From a virus (lineage: Duplodnaviria; Caudoviricetes): DNA of 36,384 nt. Numbering within the stretch: position 1 is the stretch's first letter; every line of letters begins with the position of its first letter. The stretch is from positions 1 through 36,384 of the IMG/VR virus record IMGVR_UViG_3300044513_002008; one strand, written 5' to 3'. Both the position numbers and the translations under genes were made by a program. The notes below the pieces were generated by a model. That model ran no database searches. It was given only the letters and a program-made list of their open reading frames with translations, and was not told the DNA's origin. Of the stretch, positions 1 to 8,643 are shown piece after piece.

Positions 1-2
1 AT

Positions 3-743
3 GGAAGTACGGTAGATTTTACTTTAAGTATAACACCTACAGATGAAAACTTTACATTTGTATTTATACAAGGAGTTTATCAAGATAAATCTACTTATAC
101 AGTATCTGGTAATACAATTACTTTTTCTACGGCGCCACAAAATGGTTATAGTATTGAAGTAATGTCTATAGGCGCTGTTAATCTACAGCAAGCATCGTAT
201 TTAGAATATGATAATTTTATAGGTAATGGTTCTACAACAAACTATACGTTATTAAATGGTAGTCCATCAGATGAAAAATTTACAATGGTATATATTCAAG
301 GTGTATACCAAGAAAAATCAACATATTCTTTGTCAGCTGGTGATATAATATTTTCAATTGCACCTCAAAGTGGTTATACTATTGAAATAATATCTGTAAA
401 CGGTGGCGGTATTCAAGCCGCACAATCATACACCCCCACCTCAACGGCTGATATTTCGGATATTAAATATAATGTTGATGTTATTTCAACAAATACCAAT
501 GCCGTAGGGCATGGTTATTTATATGTTTTTACAGCTAGTTTAACTTTAACACTGCCAGCATCACCAGAAGTAGGCGATAGTATAAAAATATCAAATAGAT
601 CTGGAACTACGACTTGTGTTCTTGGAAGAAATGGTAATAATATAATGGGTAGCGCATCTGATCTTACATTAGATACAGCTTCCGCAAGTTTTGAATTAAT
701 ATACTCTGGGGCCGCTCAGGGTTGGGTAATAATAGGACAATAA
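3..743 (+). CDS. Tail fibre protein, 5'-truncated (tandem ~75-aa repeats plus C-terminal domain resembling T4 gp34-type fibre repeats)
   Basis: The frame is open from nt 3 (GSTVDFTL...). It holds two repeats of V(F/Y)IQGVYQxKSTY...(T/I)FSxAPQxGYxIE. The C-terminal LTLTLPASPEVGDSIKI...GRNGNNIMG...ELIY...QGW motif is typical of phage fibre proteins. Confidence 0.7.
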   Translation, partial: GSTVDFTLSITPTDENFTFVFIQGVYQDKSTYTVSGNTITFSTAPQNGYSIEVMSIGAVNLQQASYLEYDNFIGNGSTTNYTLLNGSPSDEKFTMVYIQGVYQEKSTYSLSAGDIIFSIAPQSGYTIEIISVNGGGIQAAQSYTPTSTADISDIKYNVDVISTNTNAVGHGYLYVFTASLTLTLPASPEVGDSIKISNRSGTTTCVLGRNGNNIMGSASDLTLDTASASFELIYSGAAQGWVIIGQ

Positions 744-744
744 T

Positions 745-1314
745 ATGGGGAATTTAACAGATTTATTTCCAGCGGCTTCTTCAAGTAATGTACTTGAATA
801 CATAGAGTTTCAGGCAGATGGTAGAGTAATTACCACTTTAAATAATGGCGATGTAACTACTGGTAACCCAACCGCTGTTATAGCTGCTACAACTAGTTAT
901 CAGCAATTGACAGGGTCTAATTTTTCATATATTCCCCCAGCAGATACTAAATATGTTAGCTATAGATGCAAAACAAGTGTATACTATACTGATACGGCCA
1001 ATATAGGTCATTTTTGCATGGCATTGGATGGTACGCTAGTTACGGCAACAAAAAACAGCTGGTATATGAATTATCATTATCAGGACCAATGGGAAGTAGG
1101 CGGAATAATACAAATAGACAGTAGCTTTACAGATAGTTTATCAGCAGGAAAGCTATCTTCTTGGACTACTGCTAAAGTCTTAGACGTAAGATTTAGAGAA
1201 TATAGCTCTAGTTATGAATTTAGCACTAATGATAGGTATTATCAAGATGGTACAGGATCCAGCGGTGAAGCTAGAGTTTTTAAACCAATTATACAAATAA
1301 TATCTTATAAGTAA
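745..1314 (+). CDS. Putative fibre-tip / receptor-binding protein
   Basis: S/T/Y-rich, beta-type composition; lies directly after a fibre gene and before a chaperone-like gene. Confidence 0.45.
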   Translation: MGNLTDLFPAASSSNVLEYIEFQADGRVITTLNNGDVTTGNPTAVIAATTSYQQLTGSNFSYIPPADTKYVSYRCKTSVYYTDTANIGHFCMALDGTLVTATKNSWYMNYHYQDQWEVGGIIQIDSSFTDSLSAGKLSSWTTAKVLDVRFREYSSSYEFSTNDRYYQDGTGSSGEARVFKPIIQIISYK

Positions 1315-1622
1315 TGGTAAATACATATACATACCAAATATTATCATTAAAAAAGCATAACGATACTTTTTTAAATAATATAAAAAGCTTTAAAATACGT
1401 ATTACTGGTACAGAAGGCGGTGAATCATATTATGCAGATGATGAGCTATTATTAGATATGCCTTCTGAAGAGTCTTTTATACAATATGAAAATTTAACTG
1501 AACAGAATTTAATTGATTGGTATCAAGACGGTATTAGAGAAGAAATGGCTAAATATGAAATACAGCGAAAATTTAATTTAAATAAAGGGGAAGAAGCAGT
1601 TAGTTTTCCTTGGACGGTGTAA
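1314..1622 (+). CDS. Small acidic tail-fibre-associated (chaperone-like) protein
   Basis: FIQYENLTEQNLIDW...PW motif, of a kind common next to marine phage fibre genes; overlapping stop/start (TAATG). Confidence 0.5.
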   Translation: MVNTYTYQILSLKKHNDTFLNNIKSFKIRITGTEGGESYYADDELLLDMPSEESFIQYENLTEQNLIDWYQDGIREEMAKYEIQRKFNLNKGEEAVSFPWTV

Positions 1623-1634
1623 TAAAATAATATT

Positions 1635-2000
1635 ATGGCATTAACAAAAGTAACATCAAATGTAGTAGGAGATGAGTTTACAACCTCTGCAACTATCGCA
1701 CAAGCAGGTGGAGATCTTGATTTTAAAAGTGCTCAGGTTTTTACTTTAACCTATCCAACAAGTGGGCCTAATACTACAATTAATATTGTTAATCCCGTAG
1801 TAGGCGTTCAAAAAACTTTAGTAGTTGTAGGGGCTGGTAATACGCCTATAGATATAGCCTTTACAGTAGGCGGAAGTGCGGGCACATTTAATAAAATAGC
1901 TGGGGACTATGACGATACCTTAGATACTAAAAACTTATTTAGTATACTATGCTATAGCCCCACGGAATTTTGGTATTCAATATCGCAAATAGCTACTTAA
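1635..2000 (+). CDS. Fibre adaptor-like protein, paralog 1
   Basis: MALTKVT N-terminus; shares FTVxGSAGTFNKIxGDYDDT...EFWYxISQIA with 3242..3601, and the same domain with 34565..34996. Confidence 0.6.
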   Translation: MALTKVTSNVVGDEFTTSATIAQAGGDLDFKSAQVFTLTYPTSGPNTTINIVNPVVGVQKTLVVVGAGNTPIDIAFTVGGSAGTFNKIAGDYDDTLDTKNLFSILCYSPTEFWYSISQIAT

Positions 2001-2001
2001 T

Positions 2002-2859
2002 ATGTTTGGACAAAGTATACCATTAGGGTTTGCTGGGGGTGGAGGCGCTCCGCCTTTAGAAGTAGATTACCTCGTAGTAGGAGGAGGAGGAGGAGGCAGT
2101 CCTGTCAGTAATAATTCAGGTTATCGGCATTATGGAGGTGCTGGAGGGGGCGGTGTGGTAACATCTTCAGGTTCTTCCAATTCAGGAGGGGGTAGTGCTT
2201 TGCAATCTATTTTAAGTTTATCTACTGCAACTAATTATTCTGTAACAGTAGGGGCTGGAGGTGCTCAATTATCATACGGAAGTAGTAGCGCATTTTCTAC
2301 AATTACAGTAGTAGGTGGCGCTAATGGAAGGCAAGACAGTGGTCTTACAGGGGCTGGTGGTAGTGGAGCAGGGCTTCGATCTAATTTTACAGTAGTGTCT
2401 GGCGGTTCAGGCACAAGCGGTCAAGGATTTGGCGGGGGACAAAACGCTGGTGTTACTTGGACTTATGGGGCCGCCGGGGGTGGCGGTGGCGCTGGAGGTG
2501 CTGGTTTAAACGGAACTATGAGTGGCAGCACTGGATATGGAGGACGTGGCGGTGCTGGTATAACAAACAATTTGACGGGAACTTCAATTACTTACGGGTG
2601 CGGGTCTGGAGGGGCTGGGAATCAAAATAGTAATATTAGTTTACCATCTGGGTACTCAAATGCGCCTAATACGGGAGGGGCTGGAAAACCTATATCTGTT
2701 GCGGGTTTAAGACCTGGAGGTTCTGGAGTAGTTTGTATTAAATACCCAAGCTCATATACATTAACTGTTGGAGGAGGACTAACGTACAGCACGACACAAT
2801 CAGGTGATTATAAAATTACTACATTTACAGCGGGTACGGATAATATACAATTTAATTAA
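2002..2859 (+). CDS. Glycine-rich adhesin / tail-tip protein
   Basis: VDYLVVGGGGGG, YSVTVGAGG, GGGGGAGGAG and GGSGVVCIKY motifs of the phage glycine-rich domain family. Confidence 0.7.
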   Translation: MFGQSIPLGFAGGGGAPPLEVDYLVVGGGGGGSPVSNNSGYRHYGGAGGGGVVTSSGSSNSGGGSALQSILSLSTATNYSVTVGAGGAQLSYGSSSAFSTITVVGGANGRQDSGLTGAGGSGAGLRSNFTVVSGGSGTSGQGFGGGQNAGVTWTYGAAGGGGGAGGAGLNGTMSGSTGYGGRGGAGITNNLTGTSITYGCGSGGAGNQNSNISLPSGYSNAPNTGGAGKPISVAGLRPGGSGVVCIKYPSSYTLTVGGGLTYSTTQSGDYKITTFTAGTDNIQFN

Positions 2860-2860
2860 A

Positions 2861-3235
2861 ATGGCACATTATACCTTTTTAGATGAAAATAACGTTGTTG
2901 TTGAAGTTATAGTTGGAAAAGACGAAAATGATACATCCCAAAATTGGGAAGAGTATTATGGCAATATTAGAGGGCTTGTATGTAAAAGAACATCTTATAA
3001 TTCATACCATAATACGCATAGCAATGAAAATAAAACTGCATTTAGAAAAAATTATGCAGGAATTGGGTTTTTATACGATGAAAATCTTGATGCTTTTATT
3101 CCGCCCAAGCCATATAATTCGTGGATTTTAAATGAAAATATTGGGGATTGGCAAGCGCCAATACCTTATCCAGAAGACGGAAATAACTACATATGGAATG
3201 AAGAAACCCAACAATGGGATTTAATAACTGAATAA
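2861..3235 (+). CDS. Conserved partner/chaperone of glycine-rich adhesins
   Basis: ATG at 2861 (MAHYTFLDENNVVVEVIVG...FRKNYAGIG...DAFIPPKPYxSW); this family is usually found just after Gly-rich phage proteins. Confidence 0.6.
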   Translation: MAHYTFLDENNVVVEVIVGKDENDTSQNWEEYYGNIRGLVCKRTSYNSYHNTHSNENKTAFRKNYAGIGFLYDENLDAFIPPKPYNSWILNENIGDWQAPIPYPEDGNNYIWNEETQQWDLITE

Positions 3236-3241
3236 TAAAAA

Positions 3242-3601
3242 ATGGCACAAACATTAGTAAAAAGCGGTATGTTAGCCGCGGAGTTTTTCGGATCGTCAAC
3301 AGCGATTACCCCAGGGGCTACAAACGATTTTGATTTTTCATCAGGTCCCGTATTTACTTTAACACCTAACCAAAATTCAACACTTAATATTACAAATGCT
3401 GAAATTGGTATGGTAAAAGATATTGTAGTTACTGGTTCGGGTAATAGTTATACTCTGTCATTTACTGTAGATGGTAGTGCCGGTACATTTAATAAAATAT
3501 CAGGCGATTACGACGATACTGCTTCAACAAAAAATTTAATTCAGATTGTTTGCGTTGGCGCAACTGAATTTTGGTATACAATCTCTCAAATAGCAGCATA
3601 A
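3242..3601 (+). CDS. Fibre adaptor-like protein, paralog 2
   Basis: Homologous to 1635..2000 and to the C-terminal domain of 34565..34996 (NAxIGxVKDIxVTxSG, IQ(I/V)VC, ISQ). Confidence 0.6.
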   Translation: MAQTLVKSGMLAAEFFGSSTAITPGATNDFDFSSGPVFTLTPNQNSTLNITNAEIGMVKDIVVTGSGNSYTLSFTVDGSAGTFNKISGDYDDTASTKNLIQIVCVGATEFWYTISQIAA

Positions 3602-4152
3602 TGAAAGCATTAGTAAAAAATAATCAGATTAAGTTGTATAAACAATTACCAGAAACATGGAATGGTCCTAATGGGCACATACTTAATTTTAGGCAGGCAA
3701 CAGAAGAAGTGCTGAGAGAAAATAAGTTTTACAATGTTGTAAAGCCAGGTTATAATCCAATGACTCAAACGAAAGGTGGCTTGTATTTTGATCAGGCAAA
3801 TTCAATTGTTACTTATGATGTAACTGATATTGACTTTGATCAAGATATTGACATTTTAGATGAAGAGGGTAATGTAACTGGAACAGAAAAACGATATAAA
3901 ATTGCCGACATAAAAGCATCAAAAATATCTGAAATAAAAAGCAAAGCTGGGGAATTCTTAAAACATACTGATTGGCAAGTTGTTAGGAAAATAGAAAGAT
4001 CTATTGATATTGACGCAGATGTTGCAACAAAAAGAGCGGAAATATTAACTGAAGCAGATAGATTAGAGGCCGAGGTAAATGCTTTTACAAATTATGCTGA
4101 TGTTTTGCAATATAGAGTACAGTTTTTCCCATCTGATGATGAAATTATTTAA
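3601..4152 (+). CDS. Tail fibre assembly/chaperone-like protein (copy A)
   Basis: ATG at 3601; C-terminal LKxTDWQVxR motif typical of fibre-assembly proteins; clear homolog of 34999..35556. Confidence 0.6.
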   Translation: MKALVKNNQIKLYKQLPETWNGPNGHILNFRQATEEVLRENKFYNVVKPGYNPMTQTKGGLYFDQANSIVTYDVTDIDFDQDIDILDEEGNVTGTEKRYKIADIKASKISEIKSKAGEFLKHTDWQVVRKIERSIDIDADVATKRAEILTEADRLEAEVNAFTNYADVLQYRVQFFPSDDEII

Positions 4153-4155
4153 TTT

Positions 4156-7110
4156 ATGAGTTTAGGCAAAAGATTAATTGGTGCTGGTGCTGGGGTTGTC
4201 TGTAATACTGATTCAGTACAGCCATTTGGTGCTGATAGTGCATTTAGTAGTAATATAGCTTTATATCAGCTTGATGGGAATGCAAATGACACCACAGGTG
4301 ATTACAATGGTACTGCAACAAACGTAACCTATTCTACTGGACAATTTGGTCAAGCTGCTGTGTTTAATGGGAGTACAAGTTTTATAGATACAAATATTGA
4401 TTCTTCGATAGGAAATAGTTACTCTATATCACTTTGGTTTAATTCAAATTCAAATGCATCTACTTGGAAGCAATTAACAGGTTTAGATAATGACACTTAC
4501 AATTATACCGCTTTCATTTCTCGACAAGCAAATGGAACATTAAACTTTATAGGTTCTGATGATGGCTCAAACGTAACTGCAACAGGGACTACTGTAACAA
4601 GTATTAATCAATGGTATCACGTTGTAGCAGTAAAAGATGGAACAACAACTAAATTATACCTTGATGGGCAAGAAGAAGCGACAGGCTCTGCAAATGCAAC
4701 AACATCTTGGTTAGGTTCTTTAATACTTGGTAAGTATTTTGGTACGACCAATCAATCATTCAATGGCAAAATAGACCAAGTACGCATCTTTAACAGAGGA
4801 ATCACGCCTGAAGAAGTTAGCATATTATACAATGAAACAAACGCATCCGATATAAACCCATTAAGTGATGGCTCAGGAGTAGCATTATATACTTTGGATT
4901 ATGATGCAAGTGATGCTGGTGGACTGTACGATGGCACACCTACTGACGTTGAGTTCGGAGTAGGCGGTCAAATAAACTATGGTGCAAGGTTTAATGGGAG
5001 TAGTGCTTATATTTCATCTTCGAATATATTAGACACATCTTCTGCTTTTAGTTATTCCTTATGGGTGAAACCCAATACAATTGCTACCTATGACTATTTA
5101 ATAGGACATCAGCAAGCTGGTAGTCCTTACGCTGGAGTAGGTTTATTGGGAAATGCATCAAATACCTTTGCATTAGCTTTAGCTGGAGGCTCTCCACAAA
5201 TAATGACACCTTCATTAACTTTAGGTGCTTGGACTCATTTAGTTTTAACTCACGATGGTAGCGGTAATTATACTTGTTATACAAATGACAATGGTAGTCC
5301 TATAACGTATTCAGGTGCAACAAGTAACAATAGTTCAAATCCTTTTAGACTTGGATTTTCGAGTGTTAGCGGATGGGGTTACTATGATGGCGATATAGAC
5401 CAAGTAAGAATATTCTCTAAAGCGTTATCTTCTTCTGAAGTTTCAAAACTTTACGGTAATGGTGCGGGCGAAATAGCTTGTGTATATACGTCTACTACAG
5501 ACCTGCCTAACGTTGGTGGAACTAATCATTCCTACTATAAGTTTGATAATGATGTATTAGATTATTCTGGAAATGGTTACGACGGGACAAGCTCTTCAAT
5601 GGTATTTGCATTTGGCAAATTTGGACAAGCTGCAATTGGAGATGATACAACACGAAACTTTGTAAATCCTCAACCATTTAATACCGGCGATACAATATCT
5701 TTTTGGACTAAAAGAATTAACGCAGCAGGCGGAAGTTTCGGTATATTTGGTCAGCACAATGGCACCTACGATTTTGCTACTTGTAGAGTATATTATAATA
5801 ATGACAACACTCATAAAATACAGCTTTATCTTAGAAATTCAACTATCGAATATAGATATACTGAAACAAGTTATGTTGCGGATAACGGAAATTGGTCTCA
5901 TTGGGTAATTACGCTTAACTCCCCGTCTTCCAACCCTACAGTATATTTAAACTCTGTACAACAATCTGTTAGCATTAATAATTCAAGTGGCTCAATGAGC
6001 TCTTATGCTCAATCAAACGCTAGAATAGGTCGCGGATATATAAATGGAACTGTATATAACATGAACGGTTACTTAGACCAGATGAGGACTTTTACATCCG
6101 CCAGAACTCTCGAGCAAATACAAGAGCTTTACAACGAAAAACCTGAAACAGATACATCTAACTTTAAGACTGTGTTGTATGAGGGGAATGGTGGTACTCA
6201 ATACGTATCGAATATTGGTTTTGAGCCTGATTTTGTTTGGATAAAGGATAGAAATACAACTGGCTCAAATAACGTCTTAAGTGATTCTGTTAGAGGTGCC
6301 ACTAAATTCTTAATTTCTAACTTGCCTGACAGTGAATATACAAGTGCTACAGGAACATTATCTTCTTTTGATTCTAATGGATTTTCGTTGTCTGTACCAT
6401 CGCCTGCTTATGATTTTAATATTAACGGAAATTCTTACGTTGCTTGGTGTTGGAAAGGCGGAGGCGATGCGGTTACAGGAAGCGGAACTAATGTAAGTAA
6501 TATAACACAGTCTGTCAATGCCGAAGCAGGATTTAGTATTGTTAAATACACAGAGGGCAGCGGTTCAACTTCATTTAATCACGGATTAGGTGTTGAACCT
6601 GATATAACCATAATAAAAAGAACAAACCTTTCAGGCGATTGGCTTGTACTTACAAATGCAATAGACGGTAGCTATGATTATTTAGTCCTTAATAGCACAG
6701 CTCAAGCAAACACAAGTAGTTACAGTTCAGACAGCACATCCATTAATGTAGATATTGCTGACGGTGGTACATTTATCGCATACTGCTTCCATTCAGTAAG
6801 CGGAATAAGTTCAATAGGGAGTTATAGTGGAACAGGTTCGTCAGGTAATGCAATTACAGGATTAGGCTTTGAGCCAAACTGGTTAATAGTTAAGCGTATA
6901 GATGCAAGTGGTAATTCTTGGCTTATTGTTGATAACAAAAGAGTAGAGAGTAATGGAAATTTATCAGAATTATTCGCAGATACAGCATCTGCTGAAGGTG
7001 GTTCAGGTTATGATATTGATTTTACATCTGATGGGTTTACATTAAACACAACCACAAGTAATGCGAATGCTTCAGGCACAAACAACTACATCTATATGGC
7101 ATTTAAATAA
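4156..7110 (+). CDS. Large adhesin with three LamG/concanavalin-A-like domains and a C-terminal fibre domain
   Basis: Three repeats of the type FNGS...SLW...WxH(V/L)V...GxIDQVRIF (third more diverged). The C-terminal region carries GFEPDFVWIKDR, YVAWCWKGG, GFSIVKYT and YIYMAF motifs seen in marine phage fibres. Confidence 0.8.
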   Translation: MSLGKRLIGAGAGVVCNTDSVQPFGADSAFSSNIALYQLDGNANDTTGDYNGTATNVTYSTGQFGQAAVFNGSTSFIDTNIDSSIGNSYSISLWFNSNSNASTWKQLTGLDNDTYNYTAFISRQANGTLNFIGSDDGSNVTATGTTVTSINQWYHVVAVKDGTTTKLYLDGQEEATGSANATTSWLGSLILGKYFGTTNQSFNGKIDQVRIFNRGITPEEVSILYNETNASDINPLSDGSGVALYTLDYDASDAGGLYDGTPTDVEFGVGGQINYGARFNGSSAYISSSNILDTSSAFSYSLWVKPNTIATYDYLIGHQQAGSPYAGVGLLGNASNTFALALAGGSPQIMTPSLTLGAWTHLVLTHDGSGNYTCYTNDNGSPITYSGATSNNSSNPFRLGFSSVSGWGYYDGDIDQVRIFSKALSSSEVSKLYGNGAGEIACVYTSTTDLPNVGGTNHSYYKFDNDVLDYSGNGYDGTSSSMVFAFGKFGQAAIGDDTTRNFVNPQPFNTGDTISFWTKRINAAGGSFGIFGQHNGTYDFATCRVYYNNDNTHKIQLYLRNSTIEYRYTETSYVADNGNWSHWVITLNSPSSNPTVYLNSVQQSVSINNSSGSMSSYAQSNARIGRGYINGTVYNMNGYLDQMRTFTSARTLEQIQELYNEKPETDTSNFKTVLYEGNGGTQYVSNIGFEPDFVWIKDRNTTGSNNVLSDSVRGATKFLISNLPDSEYTSATGTLSSFDSNGFSLSVPSPAYDFNINGNSYVAWCWKGGGDAVTGSGTNVSNITQSVNAEAGFSIVKYTEGSGSTSFNHGLGVEPDITIIKRTNLSGDWLVLTNAIDGSYDYLVLNSTAQANTSSYSSDSTSINVDIADGGTFIAYCFHSVSGISSIGSYSGTGSSGNAITGLGFEPNWLIVKRIDASGNSWLIVDNKRVESNGNLSELFADTASAEGGSGYDIDFTSDGFTLNTTTSNANASGTNNYIYMAFK
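4932..5004 (+). repeat. LamG 5' flank block A, 68/73 nt identical to 35702..35774
   Basis: Manual alignment: tggcacacctac(tg/aa)acgttgagttcggagtag(gc/at)ggtcaaataaactatggtgcaag(g/a)tttaatgggagtagt. Confidence 0.92.
5395..5433 (+). repeat. LamG 3' flank block B, 39/39 nt identical to 36201..36239
   Basis: atagaccaagtaagaatattctctaaagcgttatcttct occurs at both sites; also aatggcaaaatagaccaagta at 4762..4782 equals 36192..36212. Confidence 0.92.
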
Positions 7111-7157
7111 AAATAAGAAATGTTATATTTTTAAAAATAGAGTGAAATGAAAATAAG

Positions 7158-7310
7158 ATGGAAGATTTGAAGATATTTGGAATATACGGATTAAATATAG
7201 GAGCATTGGCATTTAGTTTTACCGAGATTAATCCTGCTATACAATTCTTAGTGCTTTTAGCTACTTTAACTTTTACGGTAATTCAAATAATTAAAGCCCT
7301 TAAAAAGTAA
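7158..7310 (+). CDS. Small two-TM membrane protein, holin-like (50 aa, not in ORF track)
   Basis: MEDLKIFGIYGLNIGALAFSFTEINPAIQFLVLLATLTFTVIQIIKALKK; first gene of the lysis cluster; TAATG overlap with the next gene. Confidence 0.55.
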   Translation: MEDLKIFGIYGLNIGALAFSFTEINPAIQFLVLLATLTFTVIQIIKALKK

Positions 7311-7648
7311 TGGCACAAATCGACATCGATGGAGATGGAAAAGGAGATTTACAAATAGACGTTAAAACGCTTGTAGGAATCGCTATGGGGTTGTTTTCTA
7401 TCGCTGGTGTGTATTTTACTTTAATGTCGCAAATACAAGCCTTAGAAGTATCGGTAATGCGTATGGAGGCCGAGTTAAAAATGAATAGTGAGTTTAGGAT
7501 TAAATGGCCAAGAGGCGAAATGGGAAACTTACCCGATGACGCAGAGCAAAATCTAAGATTAATATATTTAGAAAAAACAATAGAAAAGCATAACTTTGAG
7601 GTCGATGACCTAAAACTAAAAGTTAAGTCTTTAGAAGATTGCGAATAA
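7310..7648 (+). CDS. Single-TM coiled-coil membrane protein in the lysis cluster
   Basis: N-terminal DIDGDGKGD motif, hydrophobic LVGIAMGLFSIAGVYFTLM segment, then coiled coil. Confidence 0.5.
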   Translation: MAQIDIDGDGKGDLQIDVKTLVGIAMGLFSIAGVYFTLMSQIQALEVSVMRMEAELKMNSEFRIKWPRGEMGNLPDDAEQNLRLIYLEKTIEKHNFEVDDLKLKVKSLEDCE

Positions 7649-7649
7649 T

Positions 7650-8009
7650 ATGGAATTAAAATACTTTAAACTTGAAGAATTTGACAGTCCTGATTTTAAA
7701 GGTAGTGGCATTAATATGGATAGTGATTTCCTTACAATGCTTGACAATGCTCGTGATATCGCACAAATACCGTTTAAAATCAACTCAGGGTATAGAACCA
7801 AAGAAAGAAACGAACTTGTTAAAGGAAAACCTAACTCCAGCCACCTTATTGGCAAAGCAGCAGATATATCCTGTGAGGGTTCGAGAGAAAGATGGATTAT
7901 ACTTGATTCCCTTATTAAAGCAGGATTTAATAGGATTGGTATCGCTGACACCTTCATACACGTCGATTCAGACGAAAGTAAATCACCAAACGTCATTTGG
8001 ACATACTAA
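7650..8009 (+). CDS. Endolysin, peptidase M15 (Zn D-Ala-D-Ala peptidase-like)
   Basis: INSGYR...N...G...SSHLIGKAADI...FIHVD, the M15 zinc-ligand pattern. Confidence 0.85.
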   Translation: MELKYFKLEEFDSPDFKGSGINMDSDFLTMLDNARDIAQIPFKINSGYRTKERNELVKGKPNSSHLIGKAADISCEGSRERWIILDSLIKAGFNRIGIADTFIHVDSDESKSPNVIWTY

Positions 8010-8027
8010 TACAGTTGGTAGTACGTT

Positions 8028-8405
8028 ATGCTTAAATTTTTATTAGGTATTTTAAAGGGTAATAACGGAAATAAATCTGCCGTTGGAAGTTTAGCTTGGG
8101 AAATAAGAGAAGCTATTAAGGGCAAAGAATTAGACCCTAAAGAATTAATAGAATTACAAACAAAAATAAATGAAGCAGAAGCGCAACATCGTAGTTTATT
8201 TGTTGCTGGTTGGAGGCCTGCTATTGGTTGGGTTTGCGGTTTGGCTTTTGCTTATCATTATGTTGCCTTTCCAATTGTTAGAACTATATATCCGAGTGTT
8301 GAATTTCCTATTTTGGATACAGAACCTTTATTTACAGTTCTTTTAGGTATGTTAGGATTAGGTGGTTTAAGAACTTTTGAGAAACTAAAAGACAAAACAA
8401 GGTAA
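8028..8405 (+). CDS. Holin (3TM / GTA-holin-like family)
   Basis: EAQHRSLFVAGWRPAIGWVCG...LLGMLGLGGLRTFEK signature; next to the endolysin. Confidence 0.75.
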   Translation: MLKFLLGILKGNNGNKSAVGSLAWEIREAIKGKELDPKELIELQTKINEAEAQHRSLFVAGWRPAIGWVCGLAFAYHYVAFPIVRTIYPSVEFPILDTEPLFTVLLGMLGLGGLRTFEKLKDKTR

Positions 8406-8539
8406 TGGCTAAACAAATAACAAGTAATTACTACAAAAAGCCTAAACAAAAGCGTAAGGGCATACACGCTAAAAGCAAAACAAGTAGCCTAAAATCAAGT
8501 AAACTTTACAGCAAGAAATATAAAGGACAGGGTAAATAA
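8405..8539 (+). CDS. Small very basic protein (44 aa) ending YKGQGK
   Basis: MAKQITSNYYKKPKQKRKGIHAKSKTSSLKSSKLYSKKYKGQGK; TAATG overlap; the YxGQG ending recurs in marine phage peptides. Confidence 0.6.
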   Translation: MAKQITSNYYKKPKQKRKGIHAKSKTSSLKSSKLYSKKYKGQGK

Positions 8540-8585
8540 TTATAATTAATTATGAACATCTATTTACTTTGTCAAAAAAAAAGAC

Positions 8586-8593
8586 TACCTTTG
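8586..8593 (+). promoter_or_regulatory. Bacteroidota sigma-A -7 element (early promoter)
   Basis: TACCTTTG matches TAnnTTTG, in an intergenic AT-rich region at the start of the early block; the -33 element is not at canonical spacing. Confidence 0.5.
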
Positions 8594-8643
8594 GCGGGTT
8601 AGTGGGATATAATGTTTAACTAATATAATATATACTTAATACT

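Noticed and set aside
2030-2730. GGA/GGT/GGC-rich stretch as a DNA repeat or array
   Set aside because: Explained by glycine codons of the Gly-rich adhesin.
7111-7157. A seventh late promoter before the lysis genes (aaatgttata)
   Set aside because: It lacks both TATTG and the WWACA box at 15-nt spacing.
8540-8643. Replication origin in the AT-rich intergenic region
   Set aside because: No iterons or clustered boxes seen; adequately explained as an early promoter and leader.
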